Assembly (NCBI GenBank): GCA_963842925.1
Contig: CAWJIL010000005.1
Location: forward strand, 15,002 to 79,001
Direction: 5' to 3'
Length of the DNA stretch: 64,000 bases
From: an uncultured delta proteobacterium
GTDB taxonomy: Bacteria > Desulfobacterota > Desulfobacteria > Desulfobacterales > B30-G6
The position numbers and the translations under genes were made by a program. The notes beneath the pieces are model-generated. The model ran no database searches, was not told the origin of the DNA, and was given only the letters and a program-made list of their open reading frames with translations. Shown here one piece after another: positions 40,409 to 51,727 of the stretch. Every line of letters begins with the position of its first letter. The stretch's first letter is position 1.

Positions 40409-40858
40409 TTAATAAGCTTTCAATACCTCTGCTGTTTTGATTGGAGACATCTTACCATGAACTTTCCCATCCACTTCCAACACAGGTCCTAAAGCACAGC
40501 AGCCAAGACAGTTGACCGTTTCCAGACTGAACTTTAAAGCCAGGTCTGTTTCCCCGGATTTAATACCGGTTGTCTCCTCCACCGTATCGAGGATACGCGT
40601 AGCGCCGCGAACATGGCAGGCAGTACCCACACAAATATGAATCTCATGACGTCCCTTGGGAACCAGACTGAAAGCTTTGTAAAAAGTTGCGATATGCTGT
40701 ATCCGGCTAGCAGGAACGTCGAGTCTTTCCCCGACCCTTTCCAAGGCCTCCTTGGGAAGCCAGTGGTTTTCGCTTTGAATATCCAGCAGTATTTGAATCA
40801 AAGAACTTGCTTCAGCCTGGTGCTTGTCAATAACCTGATCGATTCTATCCATATCCAT
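40409..40858 (-). CDS. bamG: Class II BCR 2Fe-2S subunit (NuoE-like)
   Basis: CVGTACHVRG, CLGCC. Confidence 0.9.
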   Translation of the reverse strand: MDMDRIDQVIDKHQAEASSLIQILLDIQSENHWLPKEALERVGERLDVPASRIQHIATFYKAFSLVPKGRHEIHICVGTACHVRGATRILDTVEETTGIKSGETDLALKFSLETVNCLGCCALGPVLEVDGKVHGKMSPIKTAEVLKAY

Positions 40859-41066
40859 AAGCGTTTTCCTAACCTTATTATTTCACAAACCTGGTAAGCC
40901 GGTTTGAGCTAAACATAAATCCCGGCTCCGGGAAATACATTAAAAAGATTTAATCACGAAAACACGAAAGAACGAAACCACGAAAAAGATCCAATTAAAT
41001 TTCGTGTTTTCCGGTTTTCGTGTTTTCGTGATAATTTTTTTCCCATTAAGTCTGTCAGCATTAACC

Positions 41067-41843
41067 CTAAGTTTCTAAAGCCAGCTCATAACAGTTACGC
41101 GTTGAATTGTACCTCACCAACCCGTGTATGGATGAACGAATCATATGCTTTGACACATCCGATGGATTCAAGGCCAACTTCTCAGAAATGGCCCCGGTTG
41201 AGAGGGGTTTCTCCTTTAAGAGCAACAATATCTGGCTCATGGCCAGTTTTTCTGAAAATATTTCATCGAATAGCCGCTGGGTCTCATTGCTTTCGAAAAA
41301 GTCTTTGTACGCTTCTTCCGATTTCACGGGTACTCGCAGCTTTTCTCTTTCAAGCAGTTTGATGTAGGGAATCAATTTTCTAGCTGCTTCGAGATTAAGC
41401 TTCAATTTGTTCCGGTCTATTCCTTCACCTTCGCCCAGCGGCCCCAAGGCTTTCACCTTTTCTGTAAAATCATCAGTAACTTCCGCCAGAAGATTCCCGT
41501 CGGCGCCGGACATAAATTCGATCCTAAGTCTTTCCGGGTTCAGACCGATGTGTTCCATTATTTTTTTGCAGATATATGTATTGCTCAATGCATCGTAATT
41601 TCCATGCGTGATATAATTGCATTCATTCAAACGGCAACCACCGATAAATACCCCGTCTTGCCCATTTAAGAAAGCCCTGAGAATAAACTCCAGATCGACC
41701 CTCCCGGAACACATGACGCGGATAAGCCTGATTTCACTCGTATATTGCAGTCTGGAAACTCCAGCCAGGTCAGCAGCACCGTATGCTCACCAATGGCATA
41801 CAAAACCGAGAATCTTTGGTTTGAACTCAAATTCATTCGTCAT
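41067..41843 (-). CDS. bamF: Class II BCR MvhD-like selenoprotein
   Basis: MTNEFEFKPKILGFVCHW-UGA(41787-41789)-AYGAADLAG...MCSGRVD in one frame; SECIS-like hairpin CUGGA-GUU-UCCAG downstream. Confidence 0.92.
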
Positions 41844-41980
41844 TCGTATATTTCCCTTTAGTAATTTTTCCGTGCTTCAATTGCTATGGCTTTCAAATGC
41901 CAGTATGTGATTTGCTATTTTTCTTCATGACTATTGTCATTGCCTTGTCCGCATGGCTCGGGTGATAAATTTCCAGATTG

Positions 41981-44900
41981 TCATACAGCCTCAGCCATGG
42001 CATCGATCTGGCTCAAAAGTTCTTCATCGGTAAAGTGTTTTAGGGCAATGGCATTGGTCGGGCACTTTGCGTTACATACCCCGTCCCCTTTACAAAGAAT
42101 CGGGTTGACCCAGGCTTTTTTACCTTTGGGCGTATCGATAAATTCTATGGCATCATAGGTACAAGCCGTAATACATGCCCCACATGAGACACAATCGTTC
42201 TCTTTGACCTCACAGACAGAACCCGAAGCAATAACGGTATCTTTTGAAAGAAGGGTTAAAACCCGACCAACAGCACCATAAGCCTGATTAATTGTTTCCG
42301 GTATGTGTTTGGGATAGTGAGCCGTCCCACAAAGGAAAACGCCGTCCGCAGAAAACTCAACCGGTTTTAATTTAACGTGGGCTTCCTTGAAGAAGCCGTC
42401 CGGGCTTAACGTAACCTTGAACAATCCGGCCACTTCTTTTGTTGACGAGGCGGGAATAACAGCAGCAGCCAAAGAAAGAACATCGGCATCCAGTTCAAGT
42501 CGTTGCCCCAAAATGGGATCAGGCACGGTTACTCTTATTACGGAGCGACCGCCCTCTTCAACAGCTTCCACCTGGGGTTTGTCATCCGGATCATAGTGGA
42601 TAAACCGTACCTCTTTATCTGACGCTTCCCGATAATAATCCTCCCTGAATCCGTACGTTCTCATATCTCGAAAGAGAACATAGATATCCATCCTGGGGTT
42701 TATTTCTTTCAGTTTCAAGGCGTTTTTTATTGCATGACTACAACATACCCTGCTGCAATAATTCCTGTCCTCATTTCTGCAGCCAACACATTGGATCATC
42801 ACCAGACTCTCGGCATTAACTACTTTTTCTTCTCCATTGGCTATCTGCTCTCCCAACTCAGTGTGTGTGAAAACCTGATCGTTTTCTCCATAAAGGTATT
42901 CGGTAGGTTTATATTCATCAGCACCGATGGCGATGATGGCGGCACCGTGCTGTATTTTTTTGATTTTGCCCTCAGTCTCCACCGTGGTGGTGAAATTCCC
43001 CACATAACCGGCAACCTCGGTAATGGTGGCGTCATGGGATACATGAATCAAGGGGTTGTTATAAACCGCATGTATCACATCGTTTAGATATGCCCAAACA
43101 TCCATTCCTTCCAGTGTGGTGGGGATTCTACGTGCCATTCCCCCCAGATTTTTATCCTTTTCCACCAAATGAACTTCATGCCCCTGCTTGGCGATAGAGA
43201 GCGCACAGGTCATACCGGCTATACCTCCCCCCACCACCAGGGCCCGCTTGTTTACAGGCAGATCGAATTCCTGTAATGGCTCTAAATAGCGCGCCCGTGC
43301 CACCGACATCCGGACGATATCTTTTGCCTTTTCAGTGGCCGCTTCCTTTTGCTTGGAATGAACCCAGGAGCAGTGTTCCCTAATATTGGCCATGTCACAG
43401 TAGTATTGATTCAGTCCTGCTTCTCGAAGGGTGTCCCGGAATAAGGGTTCAAGTGTTCTTGGGGAACAGGCGGCGATAACCACCCGATTGAGTCCTTTCT
43501 CCTTGGCGAGAGTTGTTATTTCCTCGGCAGAATTTGTAGCACAGGAAAATAATTGTTCCTGAGCATAAACAACATCGGGTAGGGTCAAGGCATATTCAAC
43601 GGTGGAAGGTACATTTACCACACTGCCGATGTTCGCGCCACAATGACACACAAAGACACCTATCTTCGGCAACTCTTTGGAGACATCCCTTTCAATTGGA
43701 TATTTCCTTTCCTTGGCCAGTTTCCCGCGTCGGTAGTCAAGGGATTCGCCACATTGGGCACCAGCCCCACTGGCGGTAAAAACCGACTCGGGAATATCGG
43801 TGGGTCCCTGGAAAGCCCCACTTGCAAATATGCCGGGCCGGGTGGTTTCTATGGGATTGGCATGGGTTGATTTAGAGAATCCGTGTGAGTTGAGTTCGAT
43901 CCCGAATCTATCTGCAAGCGCCTCATAATCTGCAGGTGGATTCAATCCAACGGACAATACCACCATATCGAATTCGTCTTCTTTAACACCTTCGTCGGGG
44001 GTCGCATATCTTACGACCACATTTTTAGTTTCCGGGATCTCTCTTACAATGGAGGCATAGCTTCTGATAAACCGGACATCGGGAAGTTGTTCCGCCCTTT
44101 GGTAGTACCGCTCAAAATCCTTACCATGAGACCGGATATCGTTATGGAATATGGTGCACGCTGTTTCCGGTTCATGATCTTTTGTCAAAATCACCTGTTT
44201 CTGGGTATAGGTGCAGCATACGCCTGAACAATAGCTATTCTCATTCGGGGTTACCCGTCTGGAACCGACACATTGAATCCAGGCTATTTTTTGGGGATGT
44301 TTCTGATCGGAAGTGCGCAGCACATTGCCTTCGTATGGACCGGTGGAAGACAGCAGTCGTTCATAGTCCATACTGGTGACCACATTGTCCATCTTTCCGT
44401 AACAATATTCATCTTTCACTTTGGGATCAAAAGGTTCGATGCCGGTTGACAGAATAATGGCCCCGACTTTCACTTCTACCTTCTTGGTGGTCTGGCTGAA
44501 ATCAATCGCCCCGGTCTTACAAACGCTTCTGCAGATATCACATTTTTTCTCTTTAAGAAAAAGACAGCTTTCATCAATATAGGTAATAAGGGGGATGGCT
44601 TGGGAGAAGTATACATGAACGGCTTTATTTTTCGATATTTCCTGGTTAAAGTGATCAGGGTATTCCACCGGGCAATATTCTACGCAGGTGGTGCAGCCTG
44701 TACATTTTTCCTCAATAATATATCGGGGTTTCCGGGTCAGGGTTACGCTAAAATCCCCTGATTCCCCCTCTACACCGTCAACTTCAGTATATGTCAAAAC
44801 CTCTATATTTGGATGCCGGCCGACCTCGACCAGTTTGGGCGAGAGAATTCACATGGAACAGTCATTGGTGGGAAAGGTCTTGTCGAGTTGGGCCATATGC

Positions 44901-45079
44901 CCGCCAATACTCGGTCCTTTCTCCACCAGATAGACCTTAAAGCCGGAGGTGGCAAGGTCAAGAGAGGCTTGAATACCGCTGACCCCTCCTCCGACAACCA
45001 GCACGTCTCCAAAATTACTGTCTCCAAGGCTTCCGGATATCTGTTGAACGATTTTTTTTGGCAATACTTCGTTTTCCAC
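41981..45079 (-). CDS. bamE: Class II BCR HdrA-like flavoprotein, selenoprotein
   Basis: ORFs 44849..45166 and 41981..44797 are in frame across [12 protein letters not shown](44849-44851)[15 protein letters not shown]; GTG start at 45079 after GAGGTG. Confidence 0.92.
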
Positions 45080-45107
45080 TTTTCTATCACCTCGTCTGGT
45101 TTCTAAA

Positions 45108-45254
45108 TCATGTTCGTCTGGTAATGGTAGTTTTTGGTTCAGGGCAAGGCCAGAACCTTTTTGCAACCACAGGCATAGTCAAGCTATTCCGAGGATTGCA
45201 AAATGGTGATAACGCCGCCCTGTGCCAAAAGATGCCGTTACCAGACGAACATTA
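45108..45254 (+). repeat. CAAGGC/AACGC palindromic element between bamD and bamE
   Basis: atgttcgtctggtaatgg...ccgttaccagacgaacat; caaggc, atagtcaagctat, aacgccg. Confidence 0.8.
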
Positions 45255-46403
45255 AATTACTTCTTGGATGATCTCCGTGATATCCCTGATCTCCAAAATA
45301 TCTTCATACTCCAGGTTAAGACGGCTTTCCTCAAAATTGGTGATGCAGTATGGACAGGCGGTAACCAGTACGTCAGCTCCAGTCGCTTTTGCCTGTTCCA
45401 ACCTGAGGTCAGAGAATCTTTCTCCCTTTGGTGTATCCATCCAAATCCTCCCCCCACCGCCACCGCAACAAAGACTGTCTTTGCGGGCGTCAGTCATTTC
45501 AATCAGTTGTAAGCCCGTTATTTTCTCTAAAACGTCCCGGGGTTCATCATATATGTCATTATGTCTTCCCAGGTAGCACGGGTCGTGATACGTAACTTTC
45601 TTCTCATATTCCCCGGCAAGTTCAAGCCTGCCTTCATTCATCAGTGTGATGAGATACTGGGAGATGTGAACCACTTCAAAGTTTACCATAAATTCGGGAT
45701 ACTCGTTTTTTAAGGTGTGGTAGCAATGGGGGGAAGAGACAAGGATTTTCTTCACACCGCTATCGATGAATGTCTTGATGTTATCCTTGGCCAGACTTTT
45801 GAAAACATCCTCACTACCGGTCTTGCGAATGCTTTCTCCACAGCATTTTTCCCTGTCACCCAAAATGCCAAAAGCCACCCCTGCCTTGTTGAGGATATTG
45901 ACGGTGGCAACAGCCACTTTTTTCATTCTTGGGTCATAACTGAGATAACAGCCCACAAAGTATAAAACCTCCATGCCTTCAGCAAAGGTCTTTACGGACA
46001 GTCCCTTGGCCCAATCCGCGCGTTTTTTTCCTTCTCCCTGCAAGGGGTTGCCTTCGGATATGAGACTGGCTCTGGCGGTGCGGGCAGAACGTACAGAAGC
46101 AGGGAAAACTTCGTATTCCGTGGCAACCCTGCGTAGGGATACACCGAGCTCTATCTGTTTAACACCCCTGGGGCAACGATCAGGGCATCTTCCACAGGTG
46201 GTGCATCGCCAGATATCCTCGCCGTCTATCTCCGTCAAACCAAAGGTGGCCTCCCGGATTATCCTGCGCATGCTGAATTGTCTCACCCTGTTCCATGGAC
46301 AAACAACATCGCACAATCCGCATTGAAAACATAACTTGAAAGCATCTCCGCCAGCCTCTTTTATCTCATCGAGTACTTCTTTGAAGGGGGCTACAGTCTC
46401 CAC
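45252..46403 (-). CDS. bamD: Class II BCR HdrC/HdrB (HdrD-like) subunit
   Basis: CFQCGLC, CTTCGRC, CCG domains. Confidence 0.9.
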   Translation of the reverse strand: METVAPFKEVLDEIKEAGGDAFKLCFQCGLCDVVCPWNRVRQFSMRRIIREATFGLTEIDGEDIWRCTTCGRCPDRCPRGVKQIELGVSLRRVATEYEVFPASVRSARTARASLISEGNPLQGEGKKRADWAKGLSVKTFAEGMEVLYFVGCYLSYDPRMKKVAVATVNILNKAGVAFGILGDREKCCGESIRKTGSEDVFKSLAKDNIKTFIDSGVKKILVSSPHCYHTLKNEYPEFMVNFEVVHISQYLITLMNEGRLELAGEYEKKVTYHDPCYLGRHNDIYDEPRDVLEKITGLQLIEMTDARKDSLCCGGGGGRIWMDTPKGERFSDLRLEQAKATGADVLVTACPYCITNFEESRLNLEYEDILEIRDITEIIQEVI

Positions 46404-46513
46404 GTTCGCTATTTTCCCTTTAATTTTCTTGAAACCCAATCCGGTTGGCCCGGAAAAGAATAATTTTTTTTATCACGAAATCACGAAAGGTCGAAAACAC
46501 GATCGATTGAACC

Positions 46514-47050
46514 CTATTCCTTTTCAGACATCCGGGATACGGCATCCAATATCTTGTCCATGCCATATTTGTTTGCCAGCGATTCCAACCCTATCTCGAG
46601 TTCTTCCTTTTCCTCCTGCTCTTCAGCTTCCTCCTCTCTTTCCTCCAAAACCAGTGCATCATGTATGCACCATTTTACACACAGAGGTTCATCTTCGCCT
46701 TCGCACATATCGCATTTCAGGGGAAGACCGGAATCCGGTTCTTTGAACTCGTCCCGGGAGGGACACGAAGCCCGACAGAAGGCACACTCGTCGTACTCTT
46801 TTCCATCAATGGTATATTTGTCTCTGCCGGCACATTCGGCGGGTGTGTACTCACCTGCATATACAGGGATATATATATCGGTGAGTGGTTCACGAATCAC
46901 CCGAATACGAGACCTCGCCGGATTGTTGCTGCTATATTTCGGTGTGGCGTGAAAGGAGGAGCAGATCATCTCACATGCCCGGCAACCATTGCATTTATCA
47001 ACATCGATTTTGATTGTTTTAATCGTTTTCTTTTTTTTTTCTTCCGTCAA
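46514..47050 (-). CDS. bamC: Class II BCR ferredoxin-like subunit
   Basis: CNGCRACEMICS, ECAFCRASCPSR, KCDMC. Confidence 0.92.
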   Translation of the reverse strand: MTEEKKKKTIKTIKIDVDKCNGCRACEMICSSFHATPKYSSNNPARSRIRVIREPLTDIYIPVYAGEYTPAECAGRDKYTIDGKEYDECAFCRASCPSRDEFKEPDSGLPLKCDMCEGEDEPLCVKWCIHDALVLEEREEEAEEQEEKEELEIGLESLANKYGMDKILDAVSRMSEKE

Positions 47051-47079
47051 GGTTCACACCCTCCACTCTATTTTTTCTC

Positions 47080-49074
47080 TTATTCTACCGAATCCTCAAT
47101 GCAAGAAGCATCCTCACCTTCCGTCAAGATCCCCCGCTGAAAAAAATCTTCGCTCACGTAAACCAATTCTAAATCATGTAGGGATTCCTTGGTCGGAATA
47201 CCGTCATTGTTCCATCCCTTGAGTTTGTAATACGAATCCAAAAGTTCCTTCTCAAGTTCGGGTATCCTTTTCTTCCAGTGGTTTTCTGGCGGCTTCTCGT
47301 CTTTTCTGCGCATGCCTCTTCTTATGTTGATGGCCCTGACTAAGGTGCGATAGCGCTTGGTTGCTTGTGTCAGCTTTTCTTCATCCATATCAATCCCGAC
47401 ACCGGCTGAGATAAATTTCGGATAATTATGTATGTGGTAAGGCGCCTTCAGATGAAATGATGACAGGCCTGCGCACATGCCGAGGGCGTCATCGATGTAG
47501 TGCATTCTCTCCATCCAATCGACAATATCACATGTCATTTCAACCGTGGGGTAGTAAGGCATTGCGTTTTCTCCACGCGGTTCCCAGTCCAGGAAATACT
47601 GCTTAAACTTATCGTCAGGAACCTGGATCCAATCCTTTACAAACTTTTCCCTGTGCTCCCTTTTGGGAAAAGGTGCCTGGGGAAACTGCCCTTCAATTTG
47701 GGTGATGTTTATCTTCTCGCCGGTACAGTACATGAGGAAATAAATGGGATTCAGCATGCCTAACTTGAGCGGCAGCTGTTCATGTTTTTTGATGTTATTA
47801 TGCGCATATTTTTCCGCACCCTTACCGATTTCTTTGGCCGCCCAATGCGTACCATTGGCTAATACATCGCCGATTCCTTCCCGTCGGACAATTTTGTCAA
47901 GCAGATAATAAAATCTTCCCTCGTTGTCTTCCGGCATTTCGGGAAAATCATCATCGCTTAGAATGCCGTTCTCCAGGAGCTCAAGGGCAAAAGCCATCAC
48001 CTGCGGGGCTGAGTATCCATCCACGCCATATTCCGTGGCACGCTGAGCAATTTTAAAACCAAAATCCAGGTTTGAATAGGCCGCCATGGTATACGTCAGT
48101 TTGGTAAAACATTTCATCATGAATGTTGATTGCCCAGGGGGTGTAATGGTTGCCCCACATTTCATTGGACAATTATAGCAACTGATCAGCCGCGTGCGCA
48201 TACTGTTCATGGTATCCATCCACTCCTGTGCGATTTCTTCGGTCCAGAAATCTCTTCTGCGCACACGTGAATTTCCCCAGGAAAAATTTTCTGTGTGCCA
48301 TTTTTCATCATGGATGGCCATCTCTTGCGGTGATCCCAGTACGGACAAAATGGGTATGACGCCCGGAATGGGGTTGTCTTCACGCCATTTAATATATTCC
48401 ATCACTTCGTTGCAAAGCCCCAGATATTCTTCAGGATGGGCAACATTGAGGTCGTTTGTTCCGCGAACAACGATCGCCTTTACGCCTTTGTCTCCCATGA
48501 CAGCCCCCATGCCGCCGCGACTGGCACTGGATCGGCCCTGCTCGATGGAGGCATAAAAAACCCTGTTTTCACCTGCCAAACCGATGGCCGACACCTGGGC
48601 CTTGGGCTGCTTCAACTCCTGCCGAAGCAGTTCTGCTGTTTCATTGGCACCTTTGCCCTGCAAATGAGAGGCATCACGTATTTCTACTTTGTCATTGTGT
48701 ATCCACAAATAGACAAGATTTGGGGACTTTCCGCGAAGGATCACTTTATCATAACCGGCATATTTCAATTCCGGTGCCCAGAACCCCCCCATCATTGAAA
48801 AAGCCATTAACTTCGTCTGGGGAGAAATGGTTGTAAGAATGGTACGGTTGCAACCGATTGCCTGGGTGCCGCATAAAAGACCGGCGCCAAATATGAGTAA
48901 ATTCTCAGGGGAAAAGGCTTCAACTTCAGGGGGAACCCTGTCCCACAAGATCTTGGCGTTCGTACCAAGCCCCCCCAGGTAAAGCTCGGTATCTTTCGGG
49001 TCTGTTGGAACGCGTTCAATATTTCCCCGGGTAAGATCAACTTCTAAATTAAACCCTGTCTCTGCGTACCTCAT
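47080..49074 (-). CDS. bamB: Class II benzoyl-CoA reductase catalytic tungstopterin subunit (AOR family)
   Basis: MRYAETG, SMMGGFWAPELKYAG, DEKWHTENF, SCYNCPMKC, MKCFTK; followed by bamC-I. Confidence 0.93.
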   Translation of the reverse strand: MRYAETGFNLEVDLTRGNIERVPTDPKDTELYLGGLGTNAKILWDRVPPEVEAFSPENLLIFGAGLLCGTQAIGCNRTILTTISPQTKLMAFSMMGGFWAPELKYAGYDKVILRGKSPNLVYLWIHNDKVEIRDASHLQGKGANETAELLRQELKQPKAQVSAIGLAGENRVFYASIEQGRSSASRGGMGAVMGDKGVKAIVVRGTNDLNVAHPEEYLGLCNEVMEYIKWREDNPIPGVIPILSVLGSPQEMAIHDEKWHTENFSWGNSRVRRRDFWTEEIAQEWMDTMNSMRTRLISCYNCPMKCGATITPPGQSTFMMKCFTKLTYTMAAYSNLDFGFKIAQRATEYGVDGYSAPQVMAFALELLENGILSDDDFPEMPEDNEGRFYYLLDKIVRREGIGDVLANGTHWAAKEIGKGAEKYAHNNIKKHEQLPLKLGMLNPIYFLMYCTGEKINITQIEGQFPQAPFPKREHREKFVKDWIQVPDDKFKQYFLDWEPRGENAMPYYPTVEMTCDIVDWMERMHYIDDALGMCAGLSSFHLKAPYHIHNYPKFISAGVGIDMDEEKLTQATKRYRTLVRAINIRRGMRRKDEKPPENHWKKRIPELEKELLDSYYKLKGWNNDGIPTKESLHDLELVYVSEDFFQRGILTEGEDASCIEDSVE

Positions 49075-49253
49075 TTTTCTTTTTCCCTTCCATATGGCTA
49101 TAAACTAGCTATATTATGATTATATTAAAGCTTTTTAAGCGCTTCCCCTGAATTTGTCAAGAAAAATATCATTTTACGTGGGGCAGAATTAATGGATTAA
49201 ATATTTATCGCCAAAGAGGCTTTCCATATGCTAACATCTTATAAATGAACCAA

Positions 49254-49322
49254 AACAGCGAGCGCATTCCCTGTGGGTTCTGCCGTTCGACAGTGCTTCG
49301 CATGCTGCGAGGTTCTTCAATA
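49254..49322. repeat. Short CCTCGCAGCA repeat family
   Basis: Related to 35759-35818 and 60892-60912 (aagaacctcgcagcaag). Confidence 0.6.
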
Positions 49323-49406
49323 GCCTTTCGACATAGGAACATGGATAATAGATGAGGCAGTTACCATCTCTGAGGGTTCAATTTACGGATAGTGGAAAAT
49401 AGATAT

Positions 49407-50003
49407 ATGAAAATTTTAACTGTTTCAGATCATATTGAACCGATCCTCAATGATTCGTTTGACACGGACCATTTTTCGGGAATCGATTTGATAATCTCCT
49501 GCGGAGATCTGCCACCGGAATACCTGACACTTATATCCAATCGGGTTCAGGCACCGCTCTTTTTCGTAAAAGGCAATCATGATATCCGCTATGATCTCAA
49601 ACCCCCCGAAGGGTGCGTTAACATCCATGGAAGGCTGGTTCAGTTTCACGGCATCAAAATTCTGGGGCTTGAAGGATCCCGATGGTACAATGGGGGACCC
49701 AATCAATACACCGAGCGCCAAATGCGTCGGATGATTCGCAAATTAAAAATGGGGCTCTGGTGGAAAGGTGGTGTTGACTTGGTTGTCTCTCACGCCCCGC
49801 CAAGGCATGTACACGACGCAGAAGATCGCTGTCACAAGGGATTTAAAAGCTTTAACTGGCTTATCAATCGCTATAAGCCAAAGTATTTCATCCACGGCCA
49901 TATCCATGCACGCTTTGACAATTTTTCAGACAGAGTAACAAACATCCATAACACAAAGGTCGTTAACAGCTATGGCTATACGATTCTTGAAATCCATATT
50001 TAA
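49407..50003 (+). CDS. Calcineurin-like metallophosphoesterase
   Basis: VSDH, CGDL, GNHD, SHAPP, HGHIH. Confidence 0.92.
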   Translation: MKILTVSDHIEPILNDSFDTDHFSGIDLIISCGDLPPEYLTLISNRVQAPLFFVKGNHDIRYDLKPPEGCVNIHGRLVQFHGIKILGLEGSRWYNGGPNQYTERQMRRMIRKLKMGLWWKGGVDLVVSHAPPRHVHDAEDRCHKGFKSFNWLINRYKPKYFIHGHIHARFDNFSDRVTNIHNTKVVNSYGYTILEIHI

Positions 50004-51075
50004 AAAAAAATGTTCGCCGGAGCTCTCAGGCAATCCTCCGGCAGCAACACCTGAGGATACCAAGAGCTTCAGGGAAAACCAGCTCAATGAAGGCGCTTTT
50101 GACTCGATCAAGCGCGAGAGCTGTTCTGTTCCACTAAAACAGATCACGGGGAGTGTGGGACGTTATCAGGACTTCGACAATCACTTTCGGATTAAAAAGC
50201 ATATCCCCTCGGAGCGACTGGAGAATATCAAGGCTTCCATGCGCAGGGGAAAACAGCTGCCACCCGTGAAACTATATCAGATCAAAGATGAGTTTTATGT
50301 TCTAGACGGCAATCATCGCGTTTCTGCGGCCAAAGAATTCGGTCATGACACGATTCTGGCGGATATTGTCGAATTCATTCCGTCAAAAAATACTCTCGAA
50401 AACATTCTATATCACCAAAGATCTGTTTTTATTGAAAATACAGGCTTATCCCAGGCTATTGACCTGTCTGAATTAGGCCAATATGCTTATCTTGAGAAAC
50501 AAATCAAAAAGCACCAGGATTATCTCTGGCGGATTACAGGCAATAAAATCTCCACAAAAGATTCAGCACAAGACTGGTACAAAACCATTTACAGCCCACT
50601 CATCACCATCATAGAAAAAGGGCAGCTCATCCGACACTTTCGAAATCGAACCTTGTCAGACTTGTATGCCTATATCTCTTTTCACCAATGGGAAAGAAAC
50701 CTATCGCGTAAATACGGAATCGGGATTGACAAACTGATTCCCAAAGACATGGAGGCGTTTAGAAATAAAATGGCGGATATGAAAGAACAACAGTATCCTG
50801 AAATGCAACGGGACATTACTGCCTTTGTCTTGATCATTGTCAAGGCAAAAAGTGAATATCGTATCATGGACAAATTATTTGTTCACAACGAGGTAAGAGA
50901 ACTTCACTCGGTTCATGGGGATGTGGATATTATCGCCAAGATCGTCCTGAGAAGGGACTTGCTCTCATCGGATGCCGAGATTATCGGACAATTCGTTCAT
51001 GACCATATCAGAGGCATCTCCGGTGTAAGCAGCACCCAGACACTGATTCCAGGATACTCTAAAATGAAGCAGTAA
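49972..51075 (+). CDS. ParB/Srx-like N-terminal + DUF4032-like + Lrp/AsnC ligand-binding protein
   Basis: GSVGRYQDFD, LPPVKLY, DGNHRVS, WYKTIYSP, TLSDLY, VHGDVDII..GVSSTQT. Confidence 0.8.
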   Translation: MAIRFLKSIFKKKCSPELSGNPPAATPEDTKSFRENQLNEGAFDSIKRESCSVPLKQITGSVGRYQDFDNHFRIKKHIPSERLENIKASMRRGKQLPPVKLYQIKDEFYVLDGNHRVSAAKEFGHDTILADIVEFIPSKNTLENILYHQRSVFIENTGLSQAIDLSELGQYAYLEKQIKKHQDYLWRITGNKISTKDSAQDWYKTIYSPLITIIEKGQLIRHFRNRTLSDLYAYISFHQWERNLSRKYGIGIDKLIPKDMEAFRNKMADMKEQQYPEMQRDITAFVLIIVKAKSEYRIMDKLFVHNEVRELHSVHGDVDIIAKIVLRRDLLSSDAEIIGQFVHDHIRGISGVSSTQTLIPGYSKMKQ

Positions 51076-51145
51076 GTACGATGAGCGATAAGCCCTTAGC
51101 GGTAAGCTGTAAACAGCTTATGGCTTAAAGCCTATCGCCTATCAG

Positions 51146-51451
51146 TTATCTTTTTCGAAATAATTCATTTCTGTTGTGGCTGTTTTTGTGATGGGCCTGT
51201 GAAAAATAAATACCTGAAAACACACCACCTAAAAGTGCAATTAATGGTATTGTTTTGGGAATTGGATAGACCCACAATCCTACGCCTACCCATGCACTGT
51301 TCCATATGACCTGAATCATCTTGTGAAAGCTCTTAAACAGCCTGGCCTGGTCTTTTCTATTTTTTCGGGACGCATTTCTGAGAAACCACACCCAGAAACC
51401 AATACCAACAGCAAATATCAAGGAGCCTATCCAAAGTCTAAATGAATACAT
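51146..51451 (-). CDS. Small hypothetical membrane protein
   Basis: ORF with three hydrophobic stretches. Confidence 0.5.
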   Translation of the reverse strand: MYSFRLWIGSLIFAVGIGFWVWFLRNASRKNRKDQARLFKSFHKMIQVIWNSAWVGVGLWVYPIPKTIPLIALLGGVFSGIYFSQAHHKNSHNRNELFRKR

Positions 51452-51592
51452 ATTCCCTCTGATCAATATCCTTTAATTTCTTTGTGCCTTTACAATATCC
51501 ATTCATCAGAATCGTTACCACCCTATGTTATGGCCATTGGGAAGACCTATAATAAATTTTCATAGCGCTCAGCAACACTTCAAGCAACAAAT

Positions 51593-51634
51593 AAAAAAAG
51601 GGCTTGCAAGATACTGATATTATTGCAAGCCCCT
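51593..51634 (-). terminator. Terminator of the tRNA pair
   Basis: gggcttgcaa..ttgcaagccc followed by a T-run on the minus strand. Confidence 0.8.
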
Positions 51635-51644
51635 TGGGTTTAAC

Positions 51645-51719
51645 TGGAGGCGGCAACCAGATTCGAACTGGTGAATAGCGGTTTTGCAGACCGCTGCCTT
51701 ACCACTTGGCTATGCCGCC
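51645..51719 (-). tRNA. tRNA-Cys(GCA)
   Basis: GGCGGCATAGCCAAGTGGTAAGGC..CTGCAAA..GTTCGAATC..CCA. Confidence 0.97.
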
Positions 51720-51727
51720 AAAAAAAA

